The position numbers and the translations under genes were made by a program. Under the pieces are notes generated by a model. That model did no database searches. It had not been told where the DNA came from and was given only the letters and a program-made list of their open reading frames with translations. Of a DNA stretch of 64,000 bases, positions 30,631-42,583 are shown piece by piece. Positions within the stretch are counted from its first letter, which is position 1; each line of letters opens with the position of its first letter. Source of the stretch: an uncultured Rivularia sp. (GTDB lineage Bacteria; Cyanobacteriota; Cyanobacteriia; Cyanobacteriales; Nostocaceae); assembly GCA_963665115.1 (NCBI GenBank), contig OY762007.1, forward strand, positions 1-64,000, read 5' to 3'.

Positions 30631-31753
30631 ATGACCGCTGCATCGAAAAATCAACAGGGTGAAATTGGCGTTGCTGTAGTAGGAACGGGATTCGGTAAAA
30701 AAGTCCATATCCCTGGATTGAAGGCACATCCCCGCACTCAAGTAGTCGCCGTTTACAATCGAGATTTGGATAAGGCTAAAGAAATTGCTGAATCCAACGA
30801 CATCCCCCACGCTTGCGACAATCTTACAGATATCCTGCAACTACCCGAAGTACAAGCAGTCGCAATATCAACACCGCCATTTCTGCATTACGAAATGGCA
30901 AAGCAAGTTTTACAAGCCGGAAAACATTTATTATTAGAAAAACCAGTTACTTTAAACGTCTCAGAAGCCAGAGAACTTTATCATTTAGCTCAAGAAAAAA
31001 ACTTAGCTGCGACGGTAGACTTTGAATTTCGCTTCGTGCCTGGATGGCTGTTATTTTGTGAATTATTAGCTCAAAATTATGTTGGCAATAAGCGCTTAAT
31101 TACAATTAACTGGTTTGGCTCCTCCAGAGCTAATCCCGATCGCGCTTGGAACTGGTATTCTCAAAAAGAAAAAGGTGGTGGTGCTTTGGGTTCCCTTGGT
31201 TTCCCACACTTTCGACTACATTCACTGGTTATTCGGGGAAGTAAATCGAGTTAACGCTCATTTTACAACCGCAATTCCTCAAAGGAAAGATGAAGCAACC
31301 GGGGAAATGAAACCCGTCACTACAGACGATACCTGTGCGCTGATGTTGGAATTAGCCGATGGTACTCCCTGTCAAGTTTCCATTAGTGCAGTAATTTTCG
31401 CACCACGAACTCATGCTGTAGAAGTTTATGGTGATGAAGGGACATTAATTTTAGCTAGCGAAAATCAAAAAGATTACGTACACGGATTTCGGGTTTGGGG
31501 TGCCTCTTCAGGTAAACCAGTTGCAGAAATCGAAATTCCCAATCGATTAACCTTTCCTAAAAACTATGCAGATGGACGTATTTCGGGATTTTTGCGAGTA
31601 GTGGATCAATGGGTTGAAGCAATTAATAGCGGAGAATCAATCACACCATCTTTACGGGAAGGAGTTTATTCTCAGCTGTTAATGGATAAGTCTCACGAAT
31701 CTAACGAAACATCCAATTGGGTAAATGTGCCAAATTTAGATACGTTTATTTGA
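30631..31753 (+). CDS. Gfo/Idh/MocA oxidoreductase, +1 frameshift near 31200
   Basis: VAVVGTGFG and HLLLEKP motifs. GGGALGSLGSHTFD is restored by deleting one base. Confidence 0.88.
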
Positions 31754-31877
31754 GTTAAAAGGTTCGTAGTAGTAGTTCGTTTCATTAATTCTGATAGGTT
31801 GTAGAGACGTTATACATAACGTCTCCCGATGTTTGAAAGAAAACAAACCCCGCAAAATTAATGTGGTGGAGTAGTAG

Positions 31878-32005
31878 TAGTTCATTTCATTTGTTCTGAC
31901 GGGTAAAGATGGGGAGGGGGAAGAGGGGGAAGAGAGGGTAGAGGGGGTAGAATAATCTTTTATTTTTTCTATACACCCATCAGAATTAATGCAAAGGAGT
32001 AGTAG
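31878..32005. mobile_element. MITE, inverted near-identical copy of ~53001-53130
   Basis: Reverse-complement match including the purine-rich tract. Related ends near 28225, 31770 and 52770-52880. Confidence 0.7.
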
Positions 32006-32088
32006 TGGTACTTCAGCACATCCTAATTACAGCAGTTGTAAAATTGAGATGAAATTCCTATAAGATGCGCTAAAGCGCTACTACAAAC

Positions 32089-32655
32089 CTAAATGCTTGC
32101 TGTTTTCTGACGACGATAAAGTTCGATTGTATTTTTCCCAATTCTTACGTCGTAGTTACCAAAAAAATCATGTCCTAAAAGTCCGGTTTGGGCTTTGGGG
32201 GCTATTGCGACTCGAACGTTATTTACCTTTGCACCACCAGCACCAATTGATTTTACTTGCCCCGTTTTTAATTTTATTATCGAACCATCGGCGATGCTGG
32301 CTTGAAGAGTTCCCGAAGGCTTGAGTTTTAAAGCATTTGCCATCGATTGAGTAATCAAAGTACCGCTGGCACCAGTATCAAATATCATCTCAAAAGTTTT
32401 TTGATCGTTGAACGTTACATCTATGATGGGAGTATTCCCGTTGCGACGTTTGATAGGAATTCGATAAACCCCTGTATCCACAGGTTTAACAGGTGTGATA
32501 CCGCAAAGCCTTCCTAGATCGAGGGTTCTACCATCTTCTGTAGTCATGAAACAGGCTCCCGGGTCTTGAGCCTGGGTGGTATTACTTGAAAGTAAAATTA
32601 ATAATGTGGATATAACTGTAACTTTAGTAGTCCACCGACTGAAAACACCTTTCAT
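32089..32655 (-). CDS. Secreted retropepsin-like aspartic protease
   Basis: Signal peptide, MIFDTGAS and GLLGHDFF motifs. Confidence 0.88.
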   Translation of the reverse strand: MKGVFSRWTTKVTVISTLLILLSSNTTQAQDPGACFMTTEDGRTLDLGRLCGITPVKPVDTGVYRIPIKRRNGNTPIIDVTFNDQKTFEMIFDTGASGTLITQSMANALKLKPSGTLQASIADGSIIKLKTGQVKSIGAGGAKVNNVRVAIAPKAQTGLLGHDFFGNYDVRIGKNTIELYRRQKTASI

Positions 32656-33001
32656 ATACTATTTTCCTAAATTTGCCGAACCTGCTTCTTATTAGGGTAC
32701 CCAGCTGGAGAGGAAAATTTAGCCCGTTTATATAAAGGTATGGTGAATAGTTAACAGCGAATAGTCAATAGTTGGCAGCGAACAATATTTGTAATCTAGT
32801 TTGTAATTGCGATCGCGGTACTAAAGCAAGATTTACCTGAGATGAAAACAGGTAGTAGATAAAAATCCCCCATTGGTAACTGGTAACTCGCAACCGATCG
32901 CTGTAAAAATGTGTTTAGTCTTTCTTCACTTGCTTAATATTGATCGAAGGTGGTGTTAAATCATTGATGAAGTAAAGAACGCTAAAATATATATTAAAAT
33001 T

Positions 33002-33841
33002 ATGAGTAATCAGCAAACTAAATCTATACGTGGTTGGTCTTTAGAAGAAAGAGATCCAAAATTTATTGAATCATTTATGCCGATTTGGGAGTGGTTTTAC
33101 CGCAACTATTTTCGGGTTAGAACCGATGGTTGGGAAAATATTCCGACTGAAGAGCAGGTAATGGTAGTTGGTTCTCATAATGGGGGAATGGCAACTCCCG
33201 ATATGATTATGATGATGTACGATTGGTTCCGTAGATATGGAACCGAACGTTTAGCGTATGGTTTGATGCATCCTTATGCTTGGGAAGTTAGTCCCGCTCT
33301 CGGTAATATAGCTCAAAAAACAGGTGCGATCGTCGCCCATCCAAAACCAGCGAATGCAGCTTTAAAAAAAGGTGCCAGCGTTTTGGTATATCCAGGGGGA
33401 CAATATGATATGTTTCGCACCTACAACCAGCGTTACAACATTAATTTCGCCGGGAATAAAGCATTTATCAAGTTAGCCTTAAGACACGAAGTACCGATAA
33501 TTCCGGCAATTTCAGTAGGGGCACACGAAACTTTAATTGTTTTAGGTGATTTTTACGAATTAATGAAACAGTTGAACGATAGGGGTTTACCGTGGCTATA
33601 TGAATTAGATCCTGGAGTATTTCCCATATATTTAGGTTTACCTTGGGGTTTAGCAATCGGACCTTTACCAAATATACCGTTTCCCGTACAAATTCATACC
33701 CGCATTTGCAAACCAATTGTTTTTGAAAAATATGGTAGAGAAGCATCGAAAAATCGCGATTATGTAGATGCTTGTTATGAAAAAGTTTGCACAGAAATGC
33801 AGCAACAATTAGACAATTTGGCAAGGGAAGTGAATAAATAA
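33002..33841 (+). CDS. Lysophospholipid/DGAT2-like acyltransferase
   Basis: HNGG...PD motif, VYPGG and PIIP. Confidence 0.82.
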   Translation: MSNQQTKSIRGWSLEERDPKFIESFMPIWEWFYRNYFRVRTDGWENIPTEEQVMVVGSHNGGMATPDMIMMMYDWFRRYGTERLAYGLMHPYAWEVSPALGNIAQKTGAIVAHPKPANAALKKGASVLVYPGGQYDMFRTYNQRYNINFAGNKAFIKLALRHEVPIIPAISVGAHETLIVLGDFYELMKQLNDRGLPWLYELDPGVFPIYLGLPWGLAIGPLPNIPFPVQIHTRICKPIVFEKYGREASKNRDYVDACYEKVCTEMQQQLDNLAREVNK

Positions 33842-33916
33842 TGGGAATTGGGAATTGGTAATTGATAATTGGTAATTGGTAATTGGTAATTGGTAATTGA
33901 TAATTGGTAATTGAAT

Positions 33917-34423
33917 ATGGAAGTTATTTTAAACGACATTACTAAATTAAAAGTCGATGCAATTGTTAATGCTGCTAATACAAGTTTGCTTGGTGGTGGT
34001 GGAGTTGATGGAGCAATTCACAGAGCAGCAGGAAAAGAACTTGTAATGGAATGTCGTTCTTTGGGAGGATGTAAAGTTGGTGATGCGAAGTTAACGAAAG
34101 GATATAATTTACTTGCAGATTTTATTATTCATACAGTCGGGCCAGTTTGGCAAGGTGGTAATAATGGAGAGCCAGAACTTTTAGCTAATTGTTACCGTAA
34201 ATCAATACAAATTGCTGTAGATAACAAGTTTGAATCTTTGGCTTTTCCTTGTATTAGCACTGGTGTTTATGGTTATCCCAAGGATAAAGCTGCTGAGATT
34301 GCTGTGAAAACTTGTTCGCAAGAATTAGGGAAGAATAAATTTATTTTGAAAGTTATTTTTTGCTGCTTTGGTAAGGATAATTATGAGATTTATCAGAGGG
34401 TTTTGGGTAAAAAACCTTACTAG
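33917..34423 (+). CDS. Macrodomain O-acetyl-ADP-ribose deacetylase (YmdB-like)
   Basis: DAIVNAAN..LLGGGGVDGAIHRAAG, HTVGP and ISTGVYGYP. Confidence 0.93.
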   Translation: MEVILNDITKLKVDAIVNAANTSLLGGGGVDGAIHRAAGKELVMECRSLGGCKVGDAKLTKGYNLLADFIIHTVGPVWQGGNNGEPELLANCYRKSIQIAVDNKFESLAFPCISTGVYGYPKDKAAEIAVKTCSQELGKNKFILKVIFCCFGKDNYEIYQRVLGKKPY

Positions 34424-34605
34424 ATGCACAGAGCGCAGAGGAAAGTAAGGAGAGATAGTCAGCTTAATTACCTACAAATCGCCCTCACTCTGGAAGAGTG
34501 GGGCTACAATTACAAAGCCCACCCTACGGTGGGCTAATGAATTTTAACCCACTCACCATCCGGGTTTTGCTTGTGTAGCTGCGGTTTCAACCGCCACATT
34601 TATAT

Positions 34606-35001
34606 ATGAAAATTAGATATTCCGATTCAACTAATGAACTTGAAATAGAGCCATGTAGGGATGATCTATTAAACTTATCCAAGAAATTATTAGAAGATGA
34701 TGCTGAAATTATCGCAGTGATAGAAGAAGATTCCAAGGCTGCACCTTATTCGAGATTTTTATTTGGAATTAAGGTAAAAGTATTACCGGGAGAGCTTGTA
34801 AAGTTCCAAGTGACTCCAGATTGTAGACTTATTATAAAAGGAGATTTAAGTAAATTATCTATGCTATCTGAAGTATTGTTCTCACTAATTGAAGACTGGA
34901 ATATAGGCGAACATCCGACTGACAAACATATCCATATTGACCACTTTTCCGCAGACTACTTATCTCCAAATTCAATGCCATTGGTAGTTATGTACGCATA
35001 A
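34606..35001 (+). CDS. Small acidic protein, possibly Imm32-like immunity protein
   Basis: C-terminal HIHIDHF..YLSPNSMPLVV pattern. Confidence 0.45.
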   Translation: MKIRYSDSTNELEIEPCRDDLLNLSKKLLEDDAEIIAVIEEDSKAAPYSRFLFGIKVKVLPGELVKFQVTPDCRLIIKGDLSKLSMLSEVLFSLIEDWNIGEHPTDKHIHIDHFSADYLSPNSMPLVVMYA

Positions 35002-35062
35002 AATTTTCAGTGAGAAAATCCAGCATTCTCACCGGATTTTCTCGATACAAGAAGATACCAAA

Positions 35063-36467
35063 TTAAGCCTCAATTACCACTCTTCCCACAGGTTGAGCAA
35101 TACAAGTTAAAATTTGCCCTTCTTCGCATTCTGGTTCTTCGTCATAACGAACTTCTCCCTCTAGAAGACGTAATTTACACTTATGACAAGCCCCCATCTT
35201 ACACATAGAAGGTAATTCAATTCCTTCTTTTTCCGCAGTTTCTAAAATAGTATCTTCGCTATCGTAAACTAACTCTATGCCAGATTTTGCCATAACTAAG
35301 GTTTGAGAAACAGTAGTTTTTTGCAATTGAAGTTGATTCTCTTTCTTTTTCTTTGGTTTACCAAAACTTTCTGCGTAATAATTTTCCATAGGGAATTTTA
35401 ATTCCTGGAGTATTTCTTTCACCTGTTGAGTAAAAGCTTCTGAACCGCAAACATATACGGTTCGCTCGACAAAATCAGGGGCTATTTCACTCAACATTGT
35501 TTTACTAAATCTACCGACTCTACCCCCAGGGCTTAAGTTGGAATCTTCACGAGTCAGAGTTGTTGCAAGTTGGAAATTAGCATACCTTGATGTCATCAAT
35601 TCCAATTCTTGGCGAAACACAATATCGTCAGCAGTACGGGCGCTATGGAAAAAGACTATATCTGAGCCAGCGTTTGTATCCAACAACCACCGCGACATCG
35701 ACATCATTGGTGTAATTCCGCTACCCGCAGAGATAAATAATATTTTTGAAGATGGACGTTCAATACAGCTAAAGTCACCTAACGGACTACCAATTTTGAC
35801 TTGACTGCCAGCTTGTAAATTGTCGTGCAACCAATTAGAGACTAAACCCGGAGGTGCTTCGGGTACGTTATTTGGCGGAGTAGCCCGCTTAACAGTTATA
35901 TCTATACTATGAGGGCGAGATGGAGTTGAAGAGATAGAATAAGCACGCTTAATAGTTTTGCCGTTAATTTCTAAATTGAGCGTTACAAATTGCCCCGGTT
36001 GGTAAGTAAATTCAACAGATGGTTCGGCAACAAAAGTAAAGGTTTTAACATCAGGTGTCTCATCAATTACTCGCACGCAACGACCGATTAATTCAGGCGA
36101 TCGCCATGCTTTGACTTGAGATTTTGACTGAATTTTCGATTGATGCTCCTCAAGCTGCATTTCTTCAATTAGCAACAAAAAATCGCCAATGTGAATCACA
36201 TCATCTGGTTTGAGGAGATAGCTTTGAGTAACTTCAATTTCTTGATTATTAATTCGCGAACCATCGCTGCTAGCTAAATCGATAAAGTAATAGTGTCGTT
36301 CGTAAAAATAAATCATCCCGTGGGACGCGACTAACTTCCGGAGTATTGAGAACTAAATCACAATTAGGATGCCTACCAATCACACATTTGTTAAGAGTTT
36401 CTATCTCTGGTGCAAGTATTTTCTCTTGGCAGGAGCTTGTTTGATAATTGATTGCTTTGATTTTCAT
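35063..36467 (-). CDS. FHA + FNR-like FAD/NAD-binding + C-terminal 2Fe-2S ferredoxin oxidoreductase, +1 frameshift near 36322
   Basis: FHA motifs IGR..VSRVH..SSDGSRIN, plus RAYSISS, AGSGITP, VYVCG and CKMGACHKC..C. Confidence 0.85.
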
Positions 36468-36502
36468 AATTAAATAGAATTTAAAACAACAAAGGTAGAT
36501 GA

Positions 36503-38182
36503 TTAATGCTTTTTAGGTCTAATTTGTGTTTGTGCTGAACCTGAATCTGGCGATTTTGGAAGATTTTTCAGCTTTGTATGTAATGTTTGATTTTGTGTTG
36601 ATGTTTGATGCTGCTGAGGATAAATAAGTTCCGGGCTTTCGCTACTAATAGTAGATAAAATTTCGTAGTGTTCTTCATCTGGTAATCCCAATTTTTGACG
36701 TATTGGCATTAGATATTCAAAACTTTTTTCGGGGCACGTGCATTTTTCCGCTAAAGCTTCTTCTAGCATCCATTTATATACATAATGTCTACCTCGTTCG
36801 GAAAATTGAGGTAATACTTCAGCTAAAACAAACAATTCATCTGCTTTCAATGTATCTAACGAACGTCCGTTTAGAAATTGCTCGATATCAAGAGGCAACT
36901 TTTGTAGTTGACGGCGAAAACTATGAGTTAAACTTTCCCTTTGATATTGTTCCGCACTGCGTTTCCAATTACGAACCAACCAGACAGTGCTAACCAAAAC
37001 TATCAGCCCATTAAATAATAGCTGTAAGAACATTGGTAAGCGCAGAATTTCCGGTCTTCCTCCATAAACAAAGAAAGCATTAAAAGCTAAAAAAGTAATA
37101 ATTGAAAATACCCGATGTACTACTTGTTGAGAACTAATATCCGGATATTTACGTTTTAAATAACCTCTATAAATCTTTTCTAGTTTGTGACAAATTTGAT
37201 AGGATATTAAAATGCTAAATCCTAGAGTTAACGGAACAGCAGCAATTTTAGGAATTGCAATCGCTTGATTATTAATATAAAAACCTGGTTTCCAAAGAAC
37301 AGATAATGAATTATCGTAAGCCCAAACACCAGAAAAGTAATAATCGAAATTACCAGAATACAATCTGTAATAAAGGAAGTAACCAATCGCTAATCCAAGA
37401 TAACCGTACTGAAGAAATTTTCGTCCCGGCTTTTGCAAATCGCTCCAATAAGACTTTTCCGAATCAATATCCATACAAGACGACTTACAGCCAATACAAG
37501 CACTTTTATCTTGTCCAGTTGTCTTATCTACAGTTCTACACATCGACTGAGTAATACTTTTTGGTGGTGCTTTATGGGCACTACTTCCTAATAAACCACG
37601 AGGTCCTGTAAATACAGTTTGTACGCCACCAAAAGGACAGACATAATGACACCAACTCCGACCTCCATACAGGAATACTACTGTAATTGCAGACAAGATA
37701 GTAGTAATAAACAATAAACCCAGCACCCATCTTGTGGAATTAACGAATAAAATGCGACCGCTCAAACCTAGAAATAGCAGAAAAAACTGTAAATAAAAAT
37801 GGTTTTTAACTAGCCATTGATTATTTTCAATATTTAATCGTGGTTTTAAGCCTAAAGCACGGGGAATTTGTGAAAGAAAGTAGAGAGGACAAATACGTCG
37901 CCAAGTCTCATGACCAAATACGAACACAATAAATATAAGCGAAGGAAGTACCATTCCCCAAAAAATTCTGGTACCAATCGGATAAGCTTTTTCAAAAATA
38001 CATCGATCGCCTTGAACGGGGATACATTCGTGACTATCGCGCAGCGGAGATAGGAGATTTTTAGGGTCAGTAAGAACGTGAGTTATGGGGTCGTAAAACA
38101 AAGAAATAATTAAGATTAACCAACCAATTGCAAGTATCCATCTTACAGCGTGCATCTTGCTTTCTGATACTTTGCTTAACAT
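36503..38182 (-). CDS. Polytopic membrane protein with 4Fe-4S-binding Cys motifs (NapH/CcoG-like)
   Basis: WRRICP, WCHYVCP and CIGCKSSCMDID motifs; multiple TM helices. Confidence 0.75.
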   Translation of the reverse strand: MLSKVSESKMHAVRWILAIGWLILIISLFYDPITHVLTDPKNLLSPLRDSHECIPVQGDRCIFEKAYPIGTRIFWGMVLPSLIFIVFVFGHETWRRICPLYFLSQIPRALGLKPRLNIENNQWLVKNHFYLQFFLLFLGLSGRILFVNSTRWVLGLLFITTILSAITVVFLYGGRSWCHYVCPFGGVQTVFTGPRGLLGSSAHKAPPKSITQSMCRTVDKTTGQDKSACIGCKSSCMDIDSEKSYWSDLQKPGRKFLQYGYLGLAIGYFLYYRLYSGNFDYYFSGVWAYDNSLSVLWKPGFYINNQAIAIPKIAAVPLTLGFSILISYQICHKLEKIYRGYLKRKYPDISSQQVVHRVFSIITFLAFNAFFVYGGRPEILRLPMFLQLLFNGLIVLVSTVWLVRNWKRSAEQYQRESLTHSFRRQLQKLPLDIEQFLNGRSLDTLKADELFVLAEVLPQFSERGRHYVYKWMLEEALAEKCTCPEKSFEYLMPIRQKLGLPDEEHYEILSTISSESPELIYPQQHQTSTQNQTLHTKLKNLPKSPDSGSAQTQIRPKKH

Positions 38183-38310
38183 TGTTCACACTCCTGAAAA
38201 TTATGGCGATCGCTTTTTTATTAGTTCGTAGTTGGGCTTTAGCCCCTCTAAATTCTGTAATATGATGCGCTAAAGCGCTACTACGAACCAATCAGAATTA
38301 TTCAAAAAGA

Positions 38311-39927
38311 CTACTTAATTGTTTCTATTCCTGCGGAAGAAATTTTGATTTTAGTACCATCAAATTTTGCCAGGGTGAAATAACTGTCTTCGTTATAGGT
38401 AATTGCTTGTTCTTGAAGAATACCAATTGCCACTTTTTCGCCTAACTTGACAGATTCTGTATAGTCAGAAAGCCAGTGAACCCCAGCACCATTACGAGCA
38501 ATCCCAATATTAGAAGCAAGTTTATTTAACTCACCACCAACTGTCATCATTCCTGCATCGGTACCGCTATAGCGAATTAACTCAGTACCATCATCATTAG
38601 CAACTACAGGATTGGGAATTACCCAAGACTCATCAAACCAAGCTTTGAGGATCGTTACACAAGCACCTGCAACTGTTGCGTGTCCGGAACCGTAAGAAGG
38701 ATGGGTGGGAGAACCTTCAGGGTATGCCATTGGTAGCAGATAGTTTCCGTACTGGCTGAAAACCTTTTCCAAAACAGAGGAATTAAAGAGTTCCGAATTA
38801 ATTGGGTATTTAGCACATCCGGTGAGATGGTTGTGAATCCTTCCCCCAAATGTTTCGGGACGCAAGCGACGGTGTACAAACCACTTCTGGAACCACATTG
38901 CTTTGAGAGCGCGGGTTGCAACCTCTGTCACTAAGCTAAGAATGTGAGGACTGCCAAAAGTCCCAAAACCTGATTGAGTCTTGGTTTTATTGTACAAATT
39001 ACCCTCATCTACAGGAGCCTTCAGATCCAAAAGCATCAAACAAGCATTCAGATAAGCTTGGTACAAAGCATCAACGTGTACATACTGACCTAAATCTCTG
39101 AGATTACGAACATAGCGGGGTGTGGTATCGAACATATCTGAACCCGTTAACCCACCATTTTGGACGTGCAACCAAGAATCATAATCAGTCATGTGATTGA
39201 CTCCGGGTGCGACTGTTTTCTGTTTTTGAGCAATAGTCAGGGAACCAAAAGAAATATCCTTGAGCATGAATTGGGAAACATAAGGACCTATTTTATCTCC
39301 GCAAAGAACTCCCCGAAACAGGCTTTGTGGTGTAACTTCCTCAACAAAACCGTCTTTAGTTTGACGCTTAACTTTGGCTCCTCGAAAGTCGCTCAACTTA
39401 GATAAATCTGCTGCTGCTTCTGCAACCTGGGGGCTGTAACTATATAGATTAAAACTGATATCCCGTAAAAGTGCCATCCAGTAGAGTTCTGTCATCTCTG
39501 CGGAGTTTTCAGCAGAATCAATGCGGGGTGCAGGACGTATTGTCACAGAATGACTATCAGGTCCCTCCAAGTCAAAAGCTAATCCTGCTTGAGGGTTGGT
39601 AAGTTTGCGAGAACCACCCAGAGGAATTGCTTCAAAGTCTGCGGATTTACCACTCTTCAAAGCTGTTAGGAATGTCTTGTAAGCTTTAGGATCTACTTCA
39701 CCTAAATAGTTATGTACTAAGCCTTTAGAGAAATTAGCAATAAAATTAGGATTGCCATTTTGATCTCGGTAGTCTTGTTGTTCGCCATTGCATATATGTG
39801 CGGTGACACCTCGATTAAAAGCTATTTTCGCTGCTTTTTGACGGATTTCAAAAGAGGATTCCCGACGTTCAAAACTGCTTTGAGGAGCAAATTCTTGACA
39901 TTCTTTAGATAAATCTTGTTTGTTCAT
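38311..39927 (-). CDS. Vanadium-dependent haloperoxidase (bromoperoxidase-like)
   Basis: QKWFVHRRLRPE, PTHPSYGSGHATVAGAC and RNGAGVHW..D vanadate-binding motifs; AAGGA RBS before the ATG at 39927. Confidence 0.93.
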   Translation of the reverse strand: MNKQDLSKECQEFAPQSSFERRESSFEIRQKAAKIAFNRGVTAHICNGEQQDYRDQNGNPNFIANFSKGLVHNYLGEVDPKAYKTFLTALKSGKSADFEAIPLGGSRKLTNPQAGLAFDLEGPDSHSVTIRPAPRIDSAENSAEMTELYWMALLRDISFNLYSYSPQVAEAAADLSKLSDFRGAKVKRQTKDGFVEEVTPQSLFRGVLCGDKIGPYVSQFMLKDISFGSLTIAQKQKTVAPGVNHMTDYDSWLHVQNGGLTGSDMFDTTPRYVRNLRDLGQYVHVDALYQAYLNACLMLLDLKAPVDEGNLYNKTKTQSGFGTFGSPHILSLVTEVATRALKAMWFQKWFVHRRLRPETFGGRIHNHLTGCAKYPINSELFNSSVLEKVFSQYGNYLLPMAYPEGSPTHPSYGSGHATVAGACVTILKAWFDESWVIPNPVVANDDGTELIRYSGTDAGMMTVGGELNKLASNIGIARNGAGVHWLSDYTESVKLGEKVAIGILQEQAITYNEDSYFTLAKFDGTKIKISSAGIETIK

Positions 39928-40253
39928 GAAAAATCCTTGATAATTTAAATTTGTTTTGTGTACTAACTGATGAATCAAGTAGAAGTTGTACAATTACGAA
40001 ACATTTTTGGTACCCATGAGGGTAATATTTTTAATTTCATGCTGAAATACGAATAGGTGAATGTATATCAACTATTTTGTTCTAGATGCAATTGGAAGAT
40101 AAAACTGTAAGTTAGTCATTCAATCCAAAATCTAAAATCCTATTGACTTTTCTTGGTTATGTAGTATATTTGTAACATAAGAATTTTTGACAATTCTTGA
40201 CCTTTCCAAAACTTGAGAAAGGTATACAACATTATTAAAATTGGAAAAATATC

Positions 40254-42273
40254 ATGGTTCCCCGAACGCGCATCCGAAATATCGGTATATCTGCTCACAT
40301 CGACTCTGGAAAGACGACATTGAGCGAGCGCATTCTCTTCTACACGGGCAGAATTCATGCAATTGAGGAAGTACGGGGAGGTGGTAAAGGTGCCACTATG
40401 GACTCCACGGATTTGGAGAGAGAACACGGTATCACTATCACTTCAGCCGCTACTACCTGTCAATGGCAAGATAATAGGATTAATTTAATTGATACACCGG
40501 GACACATCGATTTTACGATTGAAGTCGAACGGGCTTTACGAGTACTTGATGGTGCTGTAATGGTACTCTGTGCTGTTGCTGGGGTGCAATCTCAGTCTAT
40601 TACTGTCGATCGCCAGATGAAGCGTTATGGCATACCTCGGATAGCGTTTATCAATAAGATGGATCGAACTGGTGCGAATCCGTTTCGAGTTGTGGAAGCA
40701 ATGCATGATGCTTTGAAATTAAATGCATTGTTGCTTGAATATCCCATCGGTGCTGAAAGTCAGTTTGAAGGAGTTATCGATTTAATTGAGATGGAAGCTC
40801 ATTTCTACGAAGGTGAAAATGGCGAAATTTGGGTTAAACGAGAAATTCCCGATGATTTAAAGCAGCAAGCGGAAATTGCGCGGGAGAAAATGCTCGATAC
40901 TTTATCTTTGGAGTCTGAAGAGATGACAGAGAAATTAGTAGAGGGTGAGGAAGTTTCTCAAGAGTTGATTTGTCAGACTATCCGTCAAGCAACTTTGAAT
41001 TTGGAACTCGTACCCGTACTATTGGGTTCAGCTTTTAAAAATAAAGGCGTACAAAATCTATTAGATGCTGTTTCTTTGTATCTACCGTCTCCTGTAGATA
41101 AGGATTTCGTTAACGCAACAGATTTTAAAACAGGTGAATCTGTAGATATTGCTTTAAATTCTGATGCTCCTTTGGTTGCTTTGGCATTTAAATTAACGAT
41201 GGAGACTTTCGGACAGTTAACTTATATCCGCGTTTATTCGGGTACTCTCAACCAAGGCGACACCATTTATAATTCTCGTACTGGAGAAAAGGTGCAAGTT
41301 GGTAGATTATTAAGAATGCACGCCGATAAGCGAGAGGAAATAAATCTTGCTGTGGCTGGGGATATTGTGGCGCTTTTGGGTGTTGAATGTGCTTCTGGTG
41401 ATACATTCTGTTCGTCAGAGATACGAGTATCTTTAGAAGATATATTTGTACCCGAGCCTGTAATTACCTTGGCGATTGAACCGAAGAAAAACCAGGATTT
41501 AGATAAGATTTCCAAAGCTCTTAACCGTTTCCGAAAGGAAGATCCCACTTTTCACGTAAACGTCAATTCGGAGTCAAATCAAACATTGATTTCCGGCATG
41601 GGTGAACTGCATTTAGAAATCTACGTCGAACGCATGAAGCGGGAATACAACGTAGAGGTTGAAGTTGGTAAACCTAAAGTATCTTATCGGGAAGCCATTT
41701 CTCAACGCGCAACCTTTGATTATCGACTCAAAAAACAATCGGGTGGCCCCCGGTCAATATGCTCATGTCGTAGGGTATATTGAACCATGCGAAGATCCGT
41801 TTGTATTTGAAAATAAAGTCTTTGGTGGTGCGATTCCCAAGGAATATATTGCGGGAGTAGAGAAAGGTTTTCGAGAAGCAATGAATTTAGGAATGTTGGA
41901 AGGATATCCGGTAACTGGAGTAAGAATTGTTCTAGAAAACGGTTCCTATCATCCGATTGATTCTTCAGAATTCGCTTTTAGGATGGCCGCTCAACAAGGT
42001 TTTGCACAAGCTTTTCTGAAAGCCAAACCTCATTTACTCGAACCAATTATGCAAGTTGAAGTGGAAACACCCGACGAATATTTAGGAAGAGTTCAAGGAG
42101 ATTTGTCATCAAGACGGGGTTTGCTGTTAGGTTCTCAAACCATGCAAGGATATTCCATCATTCGTGCTGAAGTACCTTTAGCTAAAATGTTTGGGTATTC
42201 AGGCAACTTGCGTTCCTTAACTTCGGGTATGGCTACATTTTCCATGCAGTTTGGTTGTTACCGGAAAGCGTAG
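40254..42273 (+). CDS. fusA: Elongation factor G paralogue outside the str operon, +1 frameshift near 41750
   Basis: [27 protein letters not shown] and GMGELHL motifs. KKQSGGPGQYA is restored by deleting one C. Confidence 0.92.
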
Positions 42274-42583
42274 TTAATTTAGAGACGTTGCTGTGCAACG
42301 TCTCTACACGCATATTTATGAAACTTGAAAAACTTTGGAAATATTTTTCAAATCTCTTCATGATTACAGAGCTTGATTTGTGTCGCGAATAAATCTTTTA
42401 CCCATTACCAATTCCTTCAATTAGATAATTATACTCATGAATATTCCGAAACATTACCGTAAGATTTTACGCAATCAGCAGTAACCGAATTGTAGTTATT
42501 AAAAATGCGCGATTGAATAATCCGTAATTTATTTATTAATTTATTTACTCTAAAAATTCCAGTTACTTACCCTAATTTCATTT

